A stretch of 64,000 nucleotides of DNA from an uncultured Methanosarcinaceae archaeon (GTDB taxonomy: Archaea > Halobacteriota > Methanosarcinia > Methanosarcinales > Methanosarcinaceae): positions 65,731-129,730 of the forward strand of contig CAVSHT010000012.1 in assembly GCA_963727895.1 (NCBI GenBank), given 5' to 3'. The stretch's first letter is position 1. Every line of letters starts with the position of its first letter. The notes below the pieces were generated by a model. The model saw only the letters and a list, made by a program, of their open reading frames with translations, was not told where the DNA came from and did no database searches. This document shows, one piece after another, positions 19,947 through 30,314 of the stretch. The translations under genes and the position numbers were made by a program.

Positions 19947-21657
19947 TTACATAGATTCAGGAGCAGCGATTCCAAGCGTATCAAGAGAGTTTGCAAGCAC
20001 AATCCTTGCGCAATCCACAAGAGCTAACCTTGCCCCTCTGATCTTTTCGTCCTCAGCAGCAATTACAGGGACAAAACGATAGAACTGATTAAAGGCATCA
20101 GCGAGTTCGCGGGCGTAGATTGCAAGCACATGAGGTTTGAGTTCACGGGCTCCAAGATCTATGATGTTGTCAAACATTGCCATCTTCTTGATAAGATCGA
20201 TTTCAGCATCTTCAACAAGTAGGGAAGACTCTATTTCTGTGGAAGAGTTCCAAGCTACTTCTTCTTTTGCTTTCTCAAGAATACTGCAGGCGCGGGCGTG
20301 AGAATACTGGATATAAGGAGCACCTTGCTTCTCAAAGTCAAGAGCTTCTTTCCAGTTGAAAACCGTAGATTTTTCTGGCGAGACTCTTACTATGTCGTAT
20401 CTTACCGCACCTATTCCTACCATTTCAGCAACCTGTTTCTTGAATTCATTAGAGGTTTCAGGACGGCGAGTTTCGACCTGTTCAAGAGCTGCTTCTGTAA
20501 CTCTGCCAAAGAGATCATCTGCGCTTATGAACTGACCACGACGGGTGCTCATTGAACCTTCAGGAAGGGAAACAAACTCGAAGATAACGACTTCAGGTTC
20601 CTTGACGCCTATTGCATTCAAAAGTAGCTCTGAGCTGACCTGATATCAATTTGTGGTCAGCCCCAAAGATATCAATTATACGATCTGCCTGCCCAGCTTT
20701 CCACTCATGGTAGGCAAGATCTCTGGTAGTGTAAAGGGAAGTACCATTTGAGCGCTGGATAACGAGAGTTTTTTCAAACCCATAATCCAAAAGGTCTACT
20801 ACAAGAGCACCTTTGTCCATTTTAGTCCTTCCTGTAGCTTTGATTCTCTCGACAATGTCGTGTACCGCGCCAGACTTAAGGAAAGTAGATTCGTTGACAA
20901 ACCTGTCATGGACAACATTTAAGCGAAGCAGAGTTTCTTTAATTCCAGAAACAGCCAGAGAAACTGCCTTACTAAAACTATCAATTGTTTTGACATCCCC
21001 AGCTTCCACTTTTTCCATAAGAGCATCAATTTCTTTTACGTAATCTGGATTTTTGTCCAGATCTACATTGGCTTTAATATATACGTCAGCGATAGCAGAA
21101 TCGGACTTTTTGGAAAGGTCCAGTTCGAAACGTTCACACGCCCAGGAAACTACTGCAATCTGGCGGCCCATATCATTGACATAATACTGTACTTCTACAT
21201 CGTATCCTGCTCTCCTGAGAATACGGGCAAGAGTGTCACCAATAATGGAATTTCTAATATGCCCTACATGAAGAGGACCATTCGGGTTTGCTGAAGTATG
21301 TTCAAGTAAAATTTTATCTTTTGGAACTCCGCAGCCAAATTTTTCCTTTTCTTCCAGAACTGCAGTAACCGTTCTGTCCAGATAATGCCTACTTGCATGG
21401 AAATTAATGTAAGGACCAGAAGCGTTTACCTCTCCTATGTATGAATTATCAGGAATTTCGATTGCAGAAACAATGCGGGTTGCAAGTTCTTTCGGATTTT
21501 GCTTGTACAAACTTGCCAGCTTGAAAGCGGCCCTGCTCGCAAGGTCAGCGTGAGAAGAGGTTTCGAAATAAAGTTCGGAATCTTCAATTTCAAGTCCAAC
21601 TTTTTGGATAGCTTTTTTTAAGATTAATGTAGCTTGAGCTTTGAATTCAAGAAACAA
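19947..21657 (-). CDS. argS: Arginyl-tRNA synthetase, split by a +1 frameshift at ~20620-20623
   Basis: EHTSANPNGPLHVGHIRN (HIGH), MSTRRG, APYIQYSHARACSI; removing one T from ACT TTT GAA restores ACT TTG AAT GCA (RATLNAIGVKEP). Confidence 0.9.
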
Positions 21658-21785
21658 GATAAATCACCTGTAAAAACCACAAAAAAATGTGATAACTCTA
21701 ATTTACTAGTTTTGATCTGTGATCTAAGAACAGTTTAATTAAAAAAGTATTGGATAAAAAATATTGGATAGAAGTCTGGAAGATA

Positions 21786-23034
21786 TCAGACTCCTGTACT
21801 GTACCTGAGGATTGCAGCAATGCCTCCGAAAGCGTTCATGAGTTGTGAACCTTCATCAAAGTCTGTAGACACGAAAACAACTTTTGAATTGCTTTTGTCA
21901 GCAAGGGCTGAAAGTTCATCAACGATATCGGTAACATCTGTGACTTCAAGAGAAGCTCCACAATTTGGACAGTTACCTGCCGTTGGTGCAGGCTCCCCTG
22001 GCTTCCATCGCCGCGTCCACTTATTTTCATATCCGCAGACACTGCACTTTGTAGTTACCCTTTCAGCTCGCAGATCTTCGGAAAGTAGAAGCATATCCAC
22101 AGCATTGATTTCAAGGTTTGCTCGAACCTGAGTTTCCCCATAGGCTACTTTGCCTGAGTCGGAAATAAGTTCTTTAAAGAAAGCCTTTACAGCATTCTTC
22201 TGTCCCATTAGCTCAAGATCCTGGAGCTTATCTCAGGCAGCATTCACGAGCTCTGAAAGCCCAGATTCGTCAGTATAAGCCGTATCAAAGAGCCCAAGGA
22301 TCTTTTCTCATAAGTTCATGGTGCAGAAACTCCCCGGCATAAAACTCTTCCTTTGTAGGGGAAGGTCCTCCAATCAGGATACCCTTTAGATCTTTGGGCT
22401 CAACGGCGAGGAAAATGTCATTTGCGGCATCTCCGATCCTCTTATAGAACTCATGGATAGCAATGAACCTGAGCTGTTGGAAACGATGGGAACTCTGACC
22501 ACCTTTTCTCTGTTTTCCTGGAACTGTTGAAGTAAGGTTGCGGAAGGCTTCAATTCGTTTTCCGACCAGAAGCCCTACAGTAGCTTCCCTGCGGTCAAGG
22601 ACCAGAAGCCCAAAGGTACCTTTGTCTTTGAGCATGTCCTCGAGAGGTTCAAGATAAAAAGCGGAATCGCAGTGATATTTGTAAACAGTAATGGGCTCAG
22701 GAGGAACAATTAATTCGCTCTCCATACTCGTCTTGTTGGCTCCGATATCCACAGCCCCTGTAAAATATACGATTCCGTTTTCAGGAACCTTATCCAGATA
22801 TCTGAGCCTCGAAAGGAGAGATTCAATAGCTCCCTGTACGTTCGTTCTGGTAAGTTTGGACTTGATGTTTGCAGCCTGACCATGCTCATCTTTTAATTGG
22901 TTTGTAACATCGAAAATTTGTTTATCATTAGGAATATAAAGAGTGATTAACTCAGTACTTCTTCCCCTCTTATCTCTTAAGCTTTCAAGCTTCTTTTTAA
23001 ATTCGTACTTTTCGTGTGCAGTTTGTTCAGTCAT
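21786..23034 (-). CDS. prf1: Archaeal peptide chain release factor aRF1, interrupted by a +1 frameshift (~22303-22306) and an in-frame TGA (22233-22235)
   Basis: NIKS, YHCDS, GGQS motifs; +1 frame reads KILGLFDTAYTDESGLSELVNAA*DKLQDLELMGQKNAV into the C-terminal ORF ending FGGIAAILRY. Confidence 0.88.
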
Positions 23035-23203
23035 ATTAAAAAATTCCCCGAAAAGAAAATAATAAAATTTTGATATTTCTATTAGATATTTCTGATAACT
23101 TTTAGTTTGAATCCATTATTGAATTTGAAAGTATAGTTAAGCATTTCAATTTTGAGATTAATAATGAAAAATCTTTGTTATTTTTATTATTCAGTTCATA
23201 ATT

Positions 23204-23339
23204 CGTTTAGCTTTTCGGTTAGCTTGACAAGGGTGAAAAGAAAATTTGGTAACTACAATCACACAGCGAGTCTCATCTAAACCGAAAGCTGAACGTAAAA
23301 ACCACTTATGAACACGAAAAATTATCCTGCTTCGTGTTC
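23204..23339 (-). promoter_or_regulatory. Two hairpins in the taw1-prf1 intergenic region (possible structured leader or sRNA)
   Basis: CGTTTAGCTTTTCGGTT pairs with AACCGAAAGCTGAACG; GAACACGAA pairs with TTCGTGTTC. Confidence 0.35.
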
Positions 23340-23616
23340 TGTTGATAGCACTAGATGTGAGACATAATTATACTCAAGCTGTATCTAATTATTTTAAAAT
23401 TGGATTATCCTTGTAGAAATTATATCCTAATTGAAACCTGAGTTTATATTTGTTTCTATTCCATTAACCTAAGTTATATATACGTAGATATATAAAAATG
23501 TTTATTTATATTACCACTAATGTCAATGCGCATTAAAATAATTTGATTAAATTGACCTATAGATGCTGATTAACAAGAAACAAATTACCAAGATAGAAAA
23601 CTTGAGTTTTATTAAG

Positions 23617-24645
23617 TCATAAAATCTTTTTGACTGGAGATTTCTTTCCATCCTTTGATAACAGGACCACTCTACTGATCTCAGATTCGTCTGCGATTTC
23701 ATACCCAAGGTGTTTTGCAAGTTCCTTTGAGAACTTGAGGACTTCCTCGTAAGTAGGCATTGCAGAGCGATCAAGTCTTAGTCTTGAGAAACCCAGGTGC
23801 ATATACGCTTTTATTTCCACAAAATCAGGGGAAGCTTTTTCCATTAGCTTGGCATAAGCCTCAGGATTGAACATATTTTCACCTTTGACCAGAGTAGTTC
23901 GGATGACTGTCCTTGTTTTTTTCTGTTTCATCAGGGACAGAGACTCGTTGATCTTTTCCCATAGAGAAGGCGATCTGGGCTGGCAGACCTTCAGATAGGT
24001 TTCAAGGTATGGAGCATCGAGACTCATATATAGCTGTGAAGGAGAAACTTTTTCAAGCATTTCTGGAACTGTGCCGTTTGTGACAAGAAAAGTCGTAAAA
24101 CCTCTTTTTTCGTATTCCTCGATAAGTTCGGGAAGATAAGGGTAAAAAGTAGGCTCTCCAGATAGGGAGATTGCAACGTTGTTAGGTTCATTACCTTCAA
24201 TCCAGCGTTCCTTAAGGGCATTTGGAGAACCTCCAAAACCGGTAATCAATTTACGCTGGCAGGCAATGCTTTCTTCCACAATCTTTTCAGGCGAATCCCA
24301 TTCTTCAGGCGGAGGTACAGGAACTTCAGTCGGGCGCCAGCAGAAGAGGCAACGTTGATTACATATAAGCGTTGGAGTCATCTGAAGGCAGCGATGGGAT
24401 TGAACTCCATAAAACTTCGATTTATAACAGAATCCCTGATCGTTCATAGCATGCCTTAGCCAGAGACAGGTCTTGACAGCCGAATGGCGGCCTGCCAGAG
24501 CATAGCCCTGCTTTTTCAGGAGAGTTTTAAAGTCAGGGATGTCAAAAGGAAGAAAAGTAGATTCTCCTTCCAGATTTTCTTCTTTAATTTTAGGGAAATC
24601 TTCCCCCGCATTTTCCTTTTTTTCTTCCAGCGACATTTTCCGCAT
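23617..24645 (-). CDS. taw1: 4-demethylwyosine synthase Taw1/TYW1 (radical SAM)
   Basis: HSAVKTCLW, CYKSKFYG, SHRCLQMTP, CNQRCLFC, AISLSGEPT; ORF-track start 24723 lies inside IS1; TATA box at ~24661-24670. Confidence 0.92.
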   Translation of the reverse strand: MRKMSLEEKKENAGEDFPKIKEENLEGESTFLPFDIPDFKTLLKKQGYALAGRHSAVKTCLWLRHAMNDQGFCYKSKFYGVQSHRCLQMTPTLICNQRCLFCWRPTEVPVPPPEEWDSPEKIVEESIACQRKLITGFGGSPNALKERWIEGNEPNNVAISLSGEPTFYPYLPELIEEYEKRGFTTFLVTNGTVPEMLEKVSPSQLYMSLDAPYLETYLKVCQPRSPSLWEKINESLSLMKQKKTRTVIRTTLVKGENMFNPEAYAKLMEKASPDFVEIKAYMHLGFSRLRLDRSAMPTYEEVLKFSKELAKHLGYEIADESEISRVVLLSKDGKKSPVKKIL

Positions 24646-24718
24646 ATTAAATCCTTGTGGTATATATAAGGATCGGAAAATAATTTTGGAGAGGAGTCCA
24701 GAATTCAGATTAAAAATC

Positions 24719-25458
24719 GGCATTGGTAATTAAAGAGAGATATATATGCTTATAACATATATTTCTTCATTAACTGCCCCAGATGCAATAGTTCCAGTCA
24801 CAAAAAGAACGGTATAGTTGGTGGGCGTCAACGCTACAAATGCCATGATTGTGGATATAACTATACAGTAGAGCTAAAATCAACTGATTTTTCTGCCTCT
24901 GTTAAAAAACAGGCTTTACAACTTTACCTTGAAGGATTGGGCTTTCGTTCAATAGGAAGAGTTTTAGGGGTGAGTCATGTTTCTGTCCAAAAATGGATAA
25001 AGAAATTTGGTCAAGAGTGAGAGAACCTAAAAAGTGAAAATGAGATATTTATTGTTGAAATGGATGAAATGCACACTTACATCGGTAACAAAAAAAATAT
25101 TGCTGGATCTGGATTGCTGTTGATAGAGTTGGGAAAAAGTTCATCAACTGCTCTTTTGGCATCAGAGGAACAGAAACTGGAAAACTACTCTGGGAAAAAT
25201 TGAAGAAAAAAGACATTGGAGAAGTGATGACAGATCACTGGAGGGCATATGCAGAGTTTCTTCCAGAAAAGATCCATACTCAATCAAAAGCAGAAACATT
25301 TACAGTTAAGGGATATAACAGCATATTGAGGCATTTTCTAGCAAGATTGAGAAGAAAGACAAAGTGTTATACAAAAAGTCTTGAAATGCTAAAGTACTCG
25401 GTTATTCTATTGATGAAATACAGAAATAAAGAACTAGATATGTTTAGTTAACAATACC
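24719..25458 (+). mobile_element. IS1-family element, copy 3 (defective), followed by a second right end to 25493
   Basis: GGCATTGGTAAT...AACAATACC; insA start ATG changed to ATT; same GAG TGA stop; extra AAATAAAAAACTAGATATATTTAAGTAACAATGCC. Confidence 0.93.
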
Positions 25459-25512
25459 AAATAAAAAACTAGATATATTTAAGTAACAATGCCAAAAATA
25501 TAAATTTAAAAA

Positions 25513-26286
25513 TTAAAGATTTCTTAAAAACTCAAGGCACTCAATTCCTTCTTCTACAGAACTCATCTCGGTAACGAAAATTCCTTTATAATCCGAAAGT
25601 TTTTCCATAACTCGTTTCCAGTCTATTGAGCCTCTTCCAAGCGGTAGATGTTCATCTTTTTTACCCATGTTGTCATGGATATGCACATGAGAAATATGAT
25701 TGCCCAGCTGATCCAAGAACTCATCAATTAAACCTACGGTATTGGCATGTCCAACATCAAAGGTAAAACCTACGTTATGGCTTCCAATGGATTCGAGAAT
25801 CTCAAGCATTTCATCAGGATATTTTCCAAAGATCTTCGGCAGATCAGGCATATTTTCTACAGCAATCAGGATTCCAAAATCTGCTGCAAAGTCACAAATT
25901 TCCCGGAGAGAAGCAAGATTAGTAAAATAAGACTCTTGCGGAACCTGCGCGCCATAAGGAGAAAGATAACCAGGATGCACTACAGCCAGATTGACATAGT
26001 TAGAGGCAAGAGTAAGATAATGCTTCATCTGAGTGAGAACTTCTGTCCTTATTGCAGTATTTAGACCTGCAAGATTCATATCCGAAAACGGTAGGTGCAA
26101 AGTTAGCTCAAGGTTTGTGGTTTCACTGATATTTTTCAAATTCTGTATATTCCTACTGTTCAGGCACTGAGATCCTTCCTGTACGATTTCCCAACCAGTA
26201 TACCCATGATCTTCGAGTGTATAAGCCCATTTGAAAGGATCTTCAACGACTGTACGTGACGAATAACTAATTCTGTGCAATTGCAT
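25513..26286 (-). CDS. Sugar phosphate isomerase/epimerase (xylose isomerase-like TIM barrel)
   Basis: LHLPFSD, VVHPG, IAVENM, FDVGHA, HVHIHDN, DEHLPLGRG. Confidence 0.85.
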   Translation of the reverse strand: MQLHRISYSSRTVVEDPFKWAYTLEDHGYTGWEIVQEGSQCLNSRNIQNLKNISETTNLELTLHLPFSDMNLAGLNTAIRTEVLTQMKHYLTLASNYVNLAVVHPGYLSPYGAQVPQESYFTNLASLREICDFAADFGILIAVENMPDLPKIFGKYPDEMLEILESIGSHNVGFTFDVGHANTVGLIDEFLDQLGNHISHVHIHDNMGKKDEHLPLGRGSIDWKRVMEKLSDYKGIFVTEMSSVEEGIECLEFLRNL

Positions 26287-26458
26287 GATGAAAATTCATT
26301 CCTTTTCATTTATCAATTTTCATTTATCAATATACATTGTAGTACAAATTGAGATATATTTAACTGAATTATTTAATTGAATTCGTTACTGAATTTTTTA
26401 ATTTCTTAAATGAGTCTTCAATTGAATTTTTGATTGAATTATATAACAACCCAGTTTT

Positions 26459-26590
26459 GGCTCTGTAGAAAACCTATCAAATCCACAGGCAATTGGTTGA
26501 AACCGACAAATCTACCCAATAAATTATAGTACTTTTTAAATTCGTGTTAATTTTGATTTTCGCCTGAATATTGAGGGTTTCTACAGGGCC
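26459..26590. mobile_element. 132-bp MITE
   Basis: TIR GGCTCTGTAGAAA / TTTCTACAGGGCC; perfect 8-bp target duplication CCAGTTTT. Confidence 0.85.
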
Positions 26591-26723
26591 CCAGTTTTTA
26601 CAAAATATTAAAAATATTTTAAAGTTTGTCAATAGTTTGATAGGATTTACAAATCAGACTTTATAAAGCTTACAAAGCATCAAAGATTTAAAATCTTCAA
26701 GCATTTCAAACATTTTAAGCACT

Positions 26724-27212
26724 TCAACCCCTTTCAACATATTCCATTTCGACTTCAACTACAGGTCTTCCTTCTTCAGTAAGGGGCAAAATCCATTCAA
26801 AGAGTCTTTCCATTTCTTCCTTAGAATAAGATTTGATAACTACTTCAATAGATCCTAAAGGCTCTTCCTGCGCAGGAACACTGAGAACTCCAACAAAAGC
26901 AGCCTGTTTGTTAAGCAAAAAATTGACTGAAAGTCCATCATTGGATAAACCTTTACTGAAAACTTTATTCTGCATACTATCGATAATTTCTTCTCTACGG
27001 ATTAGCCCATGCAGAGTTTTCAGAATGCCAATTCCTCCTTCTCCTGAAAAGAAAAAAGCGGGAGAAATTCCTTCTTCTGATCCTGCTAATCTTACAGTAT
27101 CAATAACTTTTTTTTCGAGTGTAATATCTGTAAAAAGGGAAGAAATTGCTTTGATAACCTTTTGGAAGTCTTCCGTAGGGTATACAGCTGCTGAGACCTT
27201 AACTTGTATCAT
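26724..27212 (-). CDS. UPF0201 family RNA-binding domain protein
   Basis: VYPTED..V..AI, LNKQAAFVG, PLGSIEV. Confidence 0.8.
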   Translation of the reverse strand: MIQVKVSAAVYPTEDFQKVIKAISSLFTDITLEKKVIDTVRLAGSEEGISPAFFFSGEGGIGILKTLHGLIRREEIIDSMQNKVFSKGLSNDGLSVNFLLNKQAAFVGVLSVPAQEEPLGSIEVVIKSYSKEEMERLFEWILPLTEEGRPVVEVEMEYVERG

Positions 27213-27372
27213 AAATCCACTCCAGTAGTATTAAAATGGCTTATTCCAAAATAATCCTGAAAATAATTCCAGAAGCTTTTCTAGAAATATACTAAATCAT
27301 TTAACGGACTTTTGTTTAAAATAATGTATTTAAAATAGTGTATATTTTTTGACCGTTCTTAAGACCCAGTTT

Positions 27373-27930
27373 TTAATATTGGTCTTTTTCTAAATAATTG
27401 TTCAAAACTTTAATGACATCCTCTTTGAAAGTTTTTAGAGTGGAATAATTCTCAATTTCAATATTAGATGCCTCTATAGCTTTTCCCATTCCCCAGCTGA
27501 GTTCTCGTTCATCTCGATGGTGAAGCCCTTCTATATTGTTCATATCATCACTTCTGCCTCTTTTCTGAATTCTGGAAAAGCGAATTTCAATAGGAGTATA
27601 AATAGAGATTAGAACAAAACCTTTTCCGAATTCTCGCCTGAAACATTCCACTTCGGCAATCCCGCGTACTCCGTCTACAACAACAAGATCAGAACCAGCT
27701 TCCTTTATTTGAGAAATACAGCGTATTGCGACTGCATCCATGCCTTCACATTCACGGAGCTGTGTTGCAACCATTCCAGTATTGGAATCATTGGGTTCAA
27801 GTCCGAGCCTTGAGACTTCCTTTCTTATCACATCACCCATATTAATAACGGGAATGCCCATCTCAGCAGCAATTCTAGAAGCTTCCGATTTTCCAGATGC
27901 TGGCATACCTACAAATGCTATTATTTTCAT
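27373..27930 (-). CDS. UPF0200 family P-loop kinase (dephospho-CoA kinase-like)
   Basis: GMPASGKS Walker A, MGDVIR, VVDGVR, RGRSDD, RDEREL. Confidence 0.82.
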   Translation of the reverse strand: MKIIAFVGMPASGKSEASRIAAEMGIPVINMGDVIRKEVSRLGLEPNDSNTGMVATQLRECEGMDAVAIRCISQIKEAGSDLVVVDGVRGIAEVECFRREFGKGFVLISIYTPIEIRFSRIQKRGRSDDMNNIEGLHHRDERELSWGMGKAIEASNIEIENYSTLKTFKEDVIKVLNNYLEKDQY

Positions 27931-28345
27931 CAAAAATTACCCTTTAAACAGTTATAAACCTGAAATATTAACTTGAGCGATTAGAGCTGAATTATTAGCT
28001 TAAGCCATTAATTTGAGTTATTAACTTGAACTATTGAATTCTTTAGATTTGATAGAAATCTAATGTCATCGTTCTTAATTCCATAGTGAACAAAATCTAA
28101 ACTAGAATTTAAGTAGTAACTTGATAATAGAGTGACATATTTTTGAATAATAGAATCATAGAGTTGATAAGTTAACCACTTATATAATATGAATGTAGTC
28201 AAACCACAGGATTGTATATATTATTTCCTGAAAACTGATATTGGATAATAGGAAATAAGCCATAAAGAAAAGATCGAAAGAAACTGAAATTAAAAAAGTT
28301 CAAAATAAAGAAATATGATGAGAGTGAGGATAAACACATTATCCA

Positions 28346-29590
28346 TCACGAAAACATCTTGCTGAAAACTGATGCCTTGAAATCCACCAGAGGCTTGAGC
28401 CTGTAATCTTCAAGAAGTACTTTACGAGTGCTTTCTACTGGAACGCTTAGAGAAATTTCTTTCGTCCGACCGTAACGACCTTTACTTACAACCACTGCAT
28501 TGACTATGCCCAACATATCGAGTTCGGACATGAGGTCAGTAACCCTGCGCTGAGTAAGGATATCTACATCAATATGGTGACAGAGCTGGCGATAGACATT
28601 GTACATCTCGCCTGTTGTTACATTTTTACCTTCTCTACCTCGGCTTCTCAGGAGAATAATACTATAGAGTACGAGTTTAGATTGAGTTGGGAGGGTCCTT
28701 ACCACTTCGACCACGCGATCAATTTCGATTTTTTCTTGAGCACGCCTGACATGTTCTTCCAGAACCTGCGGCTGGTTTTCTCTTTCTGCAATTTCCCCTG
28801 ATACCCGTAGGAGGTCAAGTGCACGCCTGGCATCACCGTGTTCCTGGGCTGCAAAGGCAGCACATAAAGGAATTACCATTTCACCGAGAGCGTCGTCAGT
28901 ATAAGCCATTTTTGCCCTTTGTTTGAGGATATCGCTGATCTGTTCAGCGTCATAAGGAGGAAAAATAAGTTCTTCTTCTCCCAGAGAACTTTTAACTCTG
29001 GGATCTAAAAATTCTGTGAATTTTAGATCGTTTGAAACGCCGATCATACTTACTTTGGCCCTCTGCAAGTCTGTGTTGATTCTCGAAAGATTATAAAGAA
29101 CGTCGTCACCTTTTTTGATTAGTTTATCGATTTCGTCTAGAATTATGATAATGACTTGCTCTCGGGAATCAATTGCTTCCTTGAATTTCATGAAAACCTG
29201 GTCAGTAGGCCAACCAGTCATAGGAACTTCTTCCTCAAAATGCCTGGCAAGATTTGCAAGGAGCCGGTACTGTGTGTCAATTACTTCACAGTTAATGTAA
29301 ACAACCGAACAGAAAAGTGATTTATCTTCACTTACCCTTTCAAGTTCTTTTCCAACATATCGAGTAACTGCAGTTTTTCCTGTTCCAGTTTTTCCGTAAA
29401 TCAATACATTGGAAGGAGTTTCGCCTCTGAGTGCAGAAACCAAAATTGTTGCAAGACTATTAATTTGCTCATTTCTGTGCAGCAAAAGGTCAGGTGTGTA
29501 AGAAGGCCGAAGTACCTCTTTGTTTTTGAAAATTGATTTACCGTCAAGTAATTTTTCGAATAAGCCGTCTAATGATTGAGCCTTTATCAT
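28346..29590 (-). CDS. cdc6: Orc1/Cdc6 replication initiator
   Basis: GKTGTGKT, IILDEID, RVKSSL, HGDARRALDLLR, wing motif SKGRYGRT. Confidence 0.97.
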   Translation of the reverse strand: MIKAQSLDGLFEKLLDGKSIFKNKEVLRPSYTPDLLLHRNEQINSLATILVSALRGETPSNVLIYGKTGTGKTAVTRYVGKELERVSEDKSLFCSVVYINCEVIDTQYRLLANLARHFEEEVPMTGWPTDQVFMKFKEAIDSREQVIIIILDEIDKLIKKGDDVLYNLSRINTDLQRAKVSMIGVSNDLKFTEFLDPRVKSSLGEEELIFPPYDAEQISDILKQRAKMAYTDDALGEMVIPLCAAFAAQEHGDARRALDLLRVSGEIAERENQPQVLEEHVRRAQEKIEIDRVVEVVRTLPTQSKLVLYSIILLRSRGREGKNVTTGEMYNVYRQLCHHIDVDILTQRRVTDLMSELDMLGIVNAVVVSKGRYGRTKEISLSVPVESTRKVLLEDYRLKPLVDFKASVFSKMFS

Positions 29591-30314
29591 GAATGACCCT
29601 CTATAAAAACTATAATGTTAAGTGTATAGGAGCTAGATAACTCTAATGCAGATATAATAAACATATCAAATTAATATGGTTAAATTAACATAGTAACATT
29701 GAAAAATTAAATTATTTAATACAGATAACAAATTGTATATTTCCTTTTTTCATATACTTTTATATTTAGTTTTAATATATAAATTTAAGAAAGTTAGTCT
29801 GATTGAAACTTTGCGGAATATATTTGGAAATCTATTTCGTGTCTAATTTGAAGTTTTTTAAGCTTCAGAAGAAGCCTATAAATGAGCGCTTCCCAGGTAA
29901 CTATTGTAATAGAGAAAGCAGTTTTAAGGCATTGTAAATTGAATTCTTGAAAGAAGATATTTGGAAAGGAAAAAAATCCTTAATTTTTAATTCTAACTTT
30001 TAATTCTCAACACTTAGTTCTTATATCTGAAACCAAAGTTTACTTCAACATTTCCATATATTTTGACGCATAATTCTTATACTTTTTATGAAAAATTCTA
30101 TGAAATCCTATTATGAAGAAATGGATAGAAGATACATTTTCTTATAGTTAATGCCTGAAATTCTCATACTTCTATTAATTACTTACCAAATGGTGAGCAA
30201 GCCTAACATTAAGACACTTCTCAAGATTGAAGAAAATCAATATTCCAACCATCCTTAACAAAATATTAGATGAAATTAGTATATAAGCAAGTAATTTTTA
30301 TTCATATTTGCAGT

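Noticed and set aside
24646-24723. Taw1 N-terminal extension
   Set aside because: The ATG is contributed by the IS1 inverted repeat, and a TATA box lies within the extension
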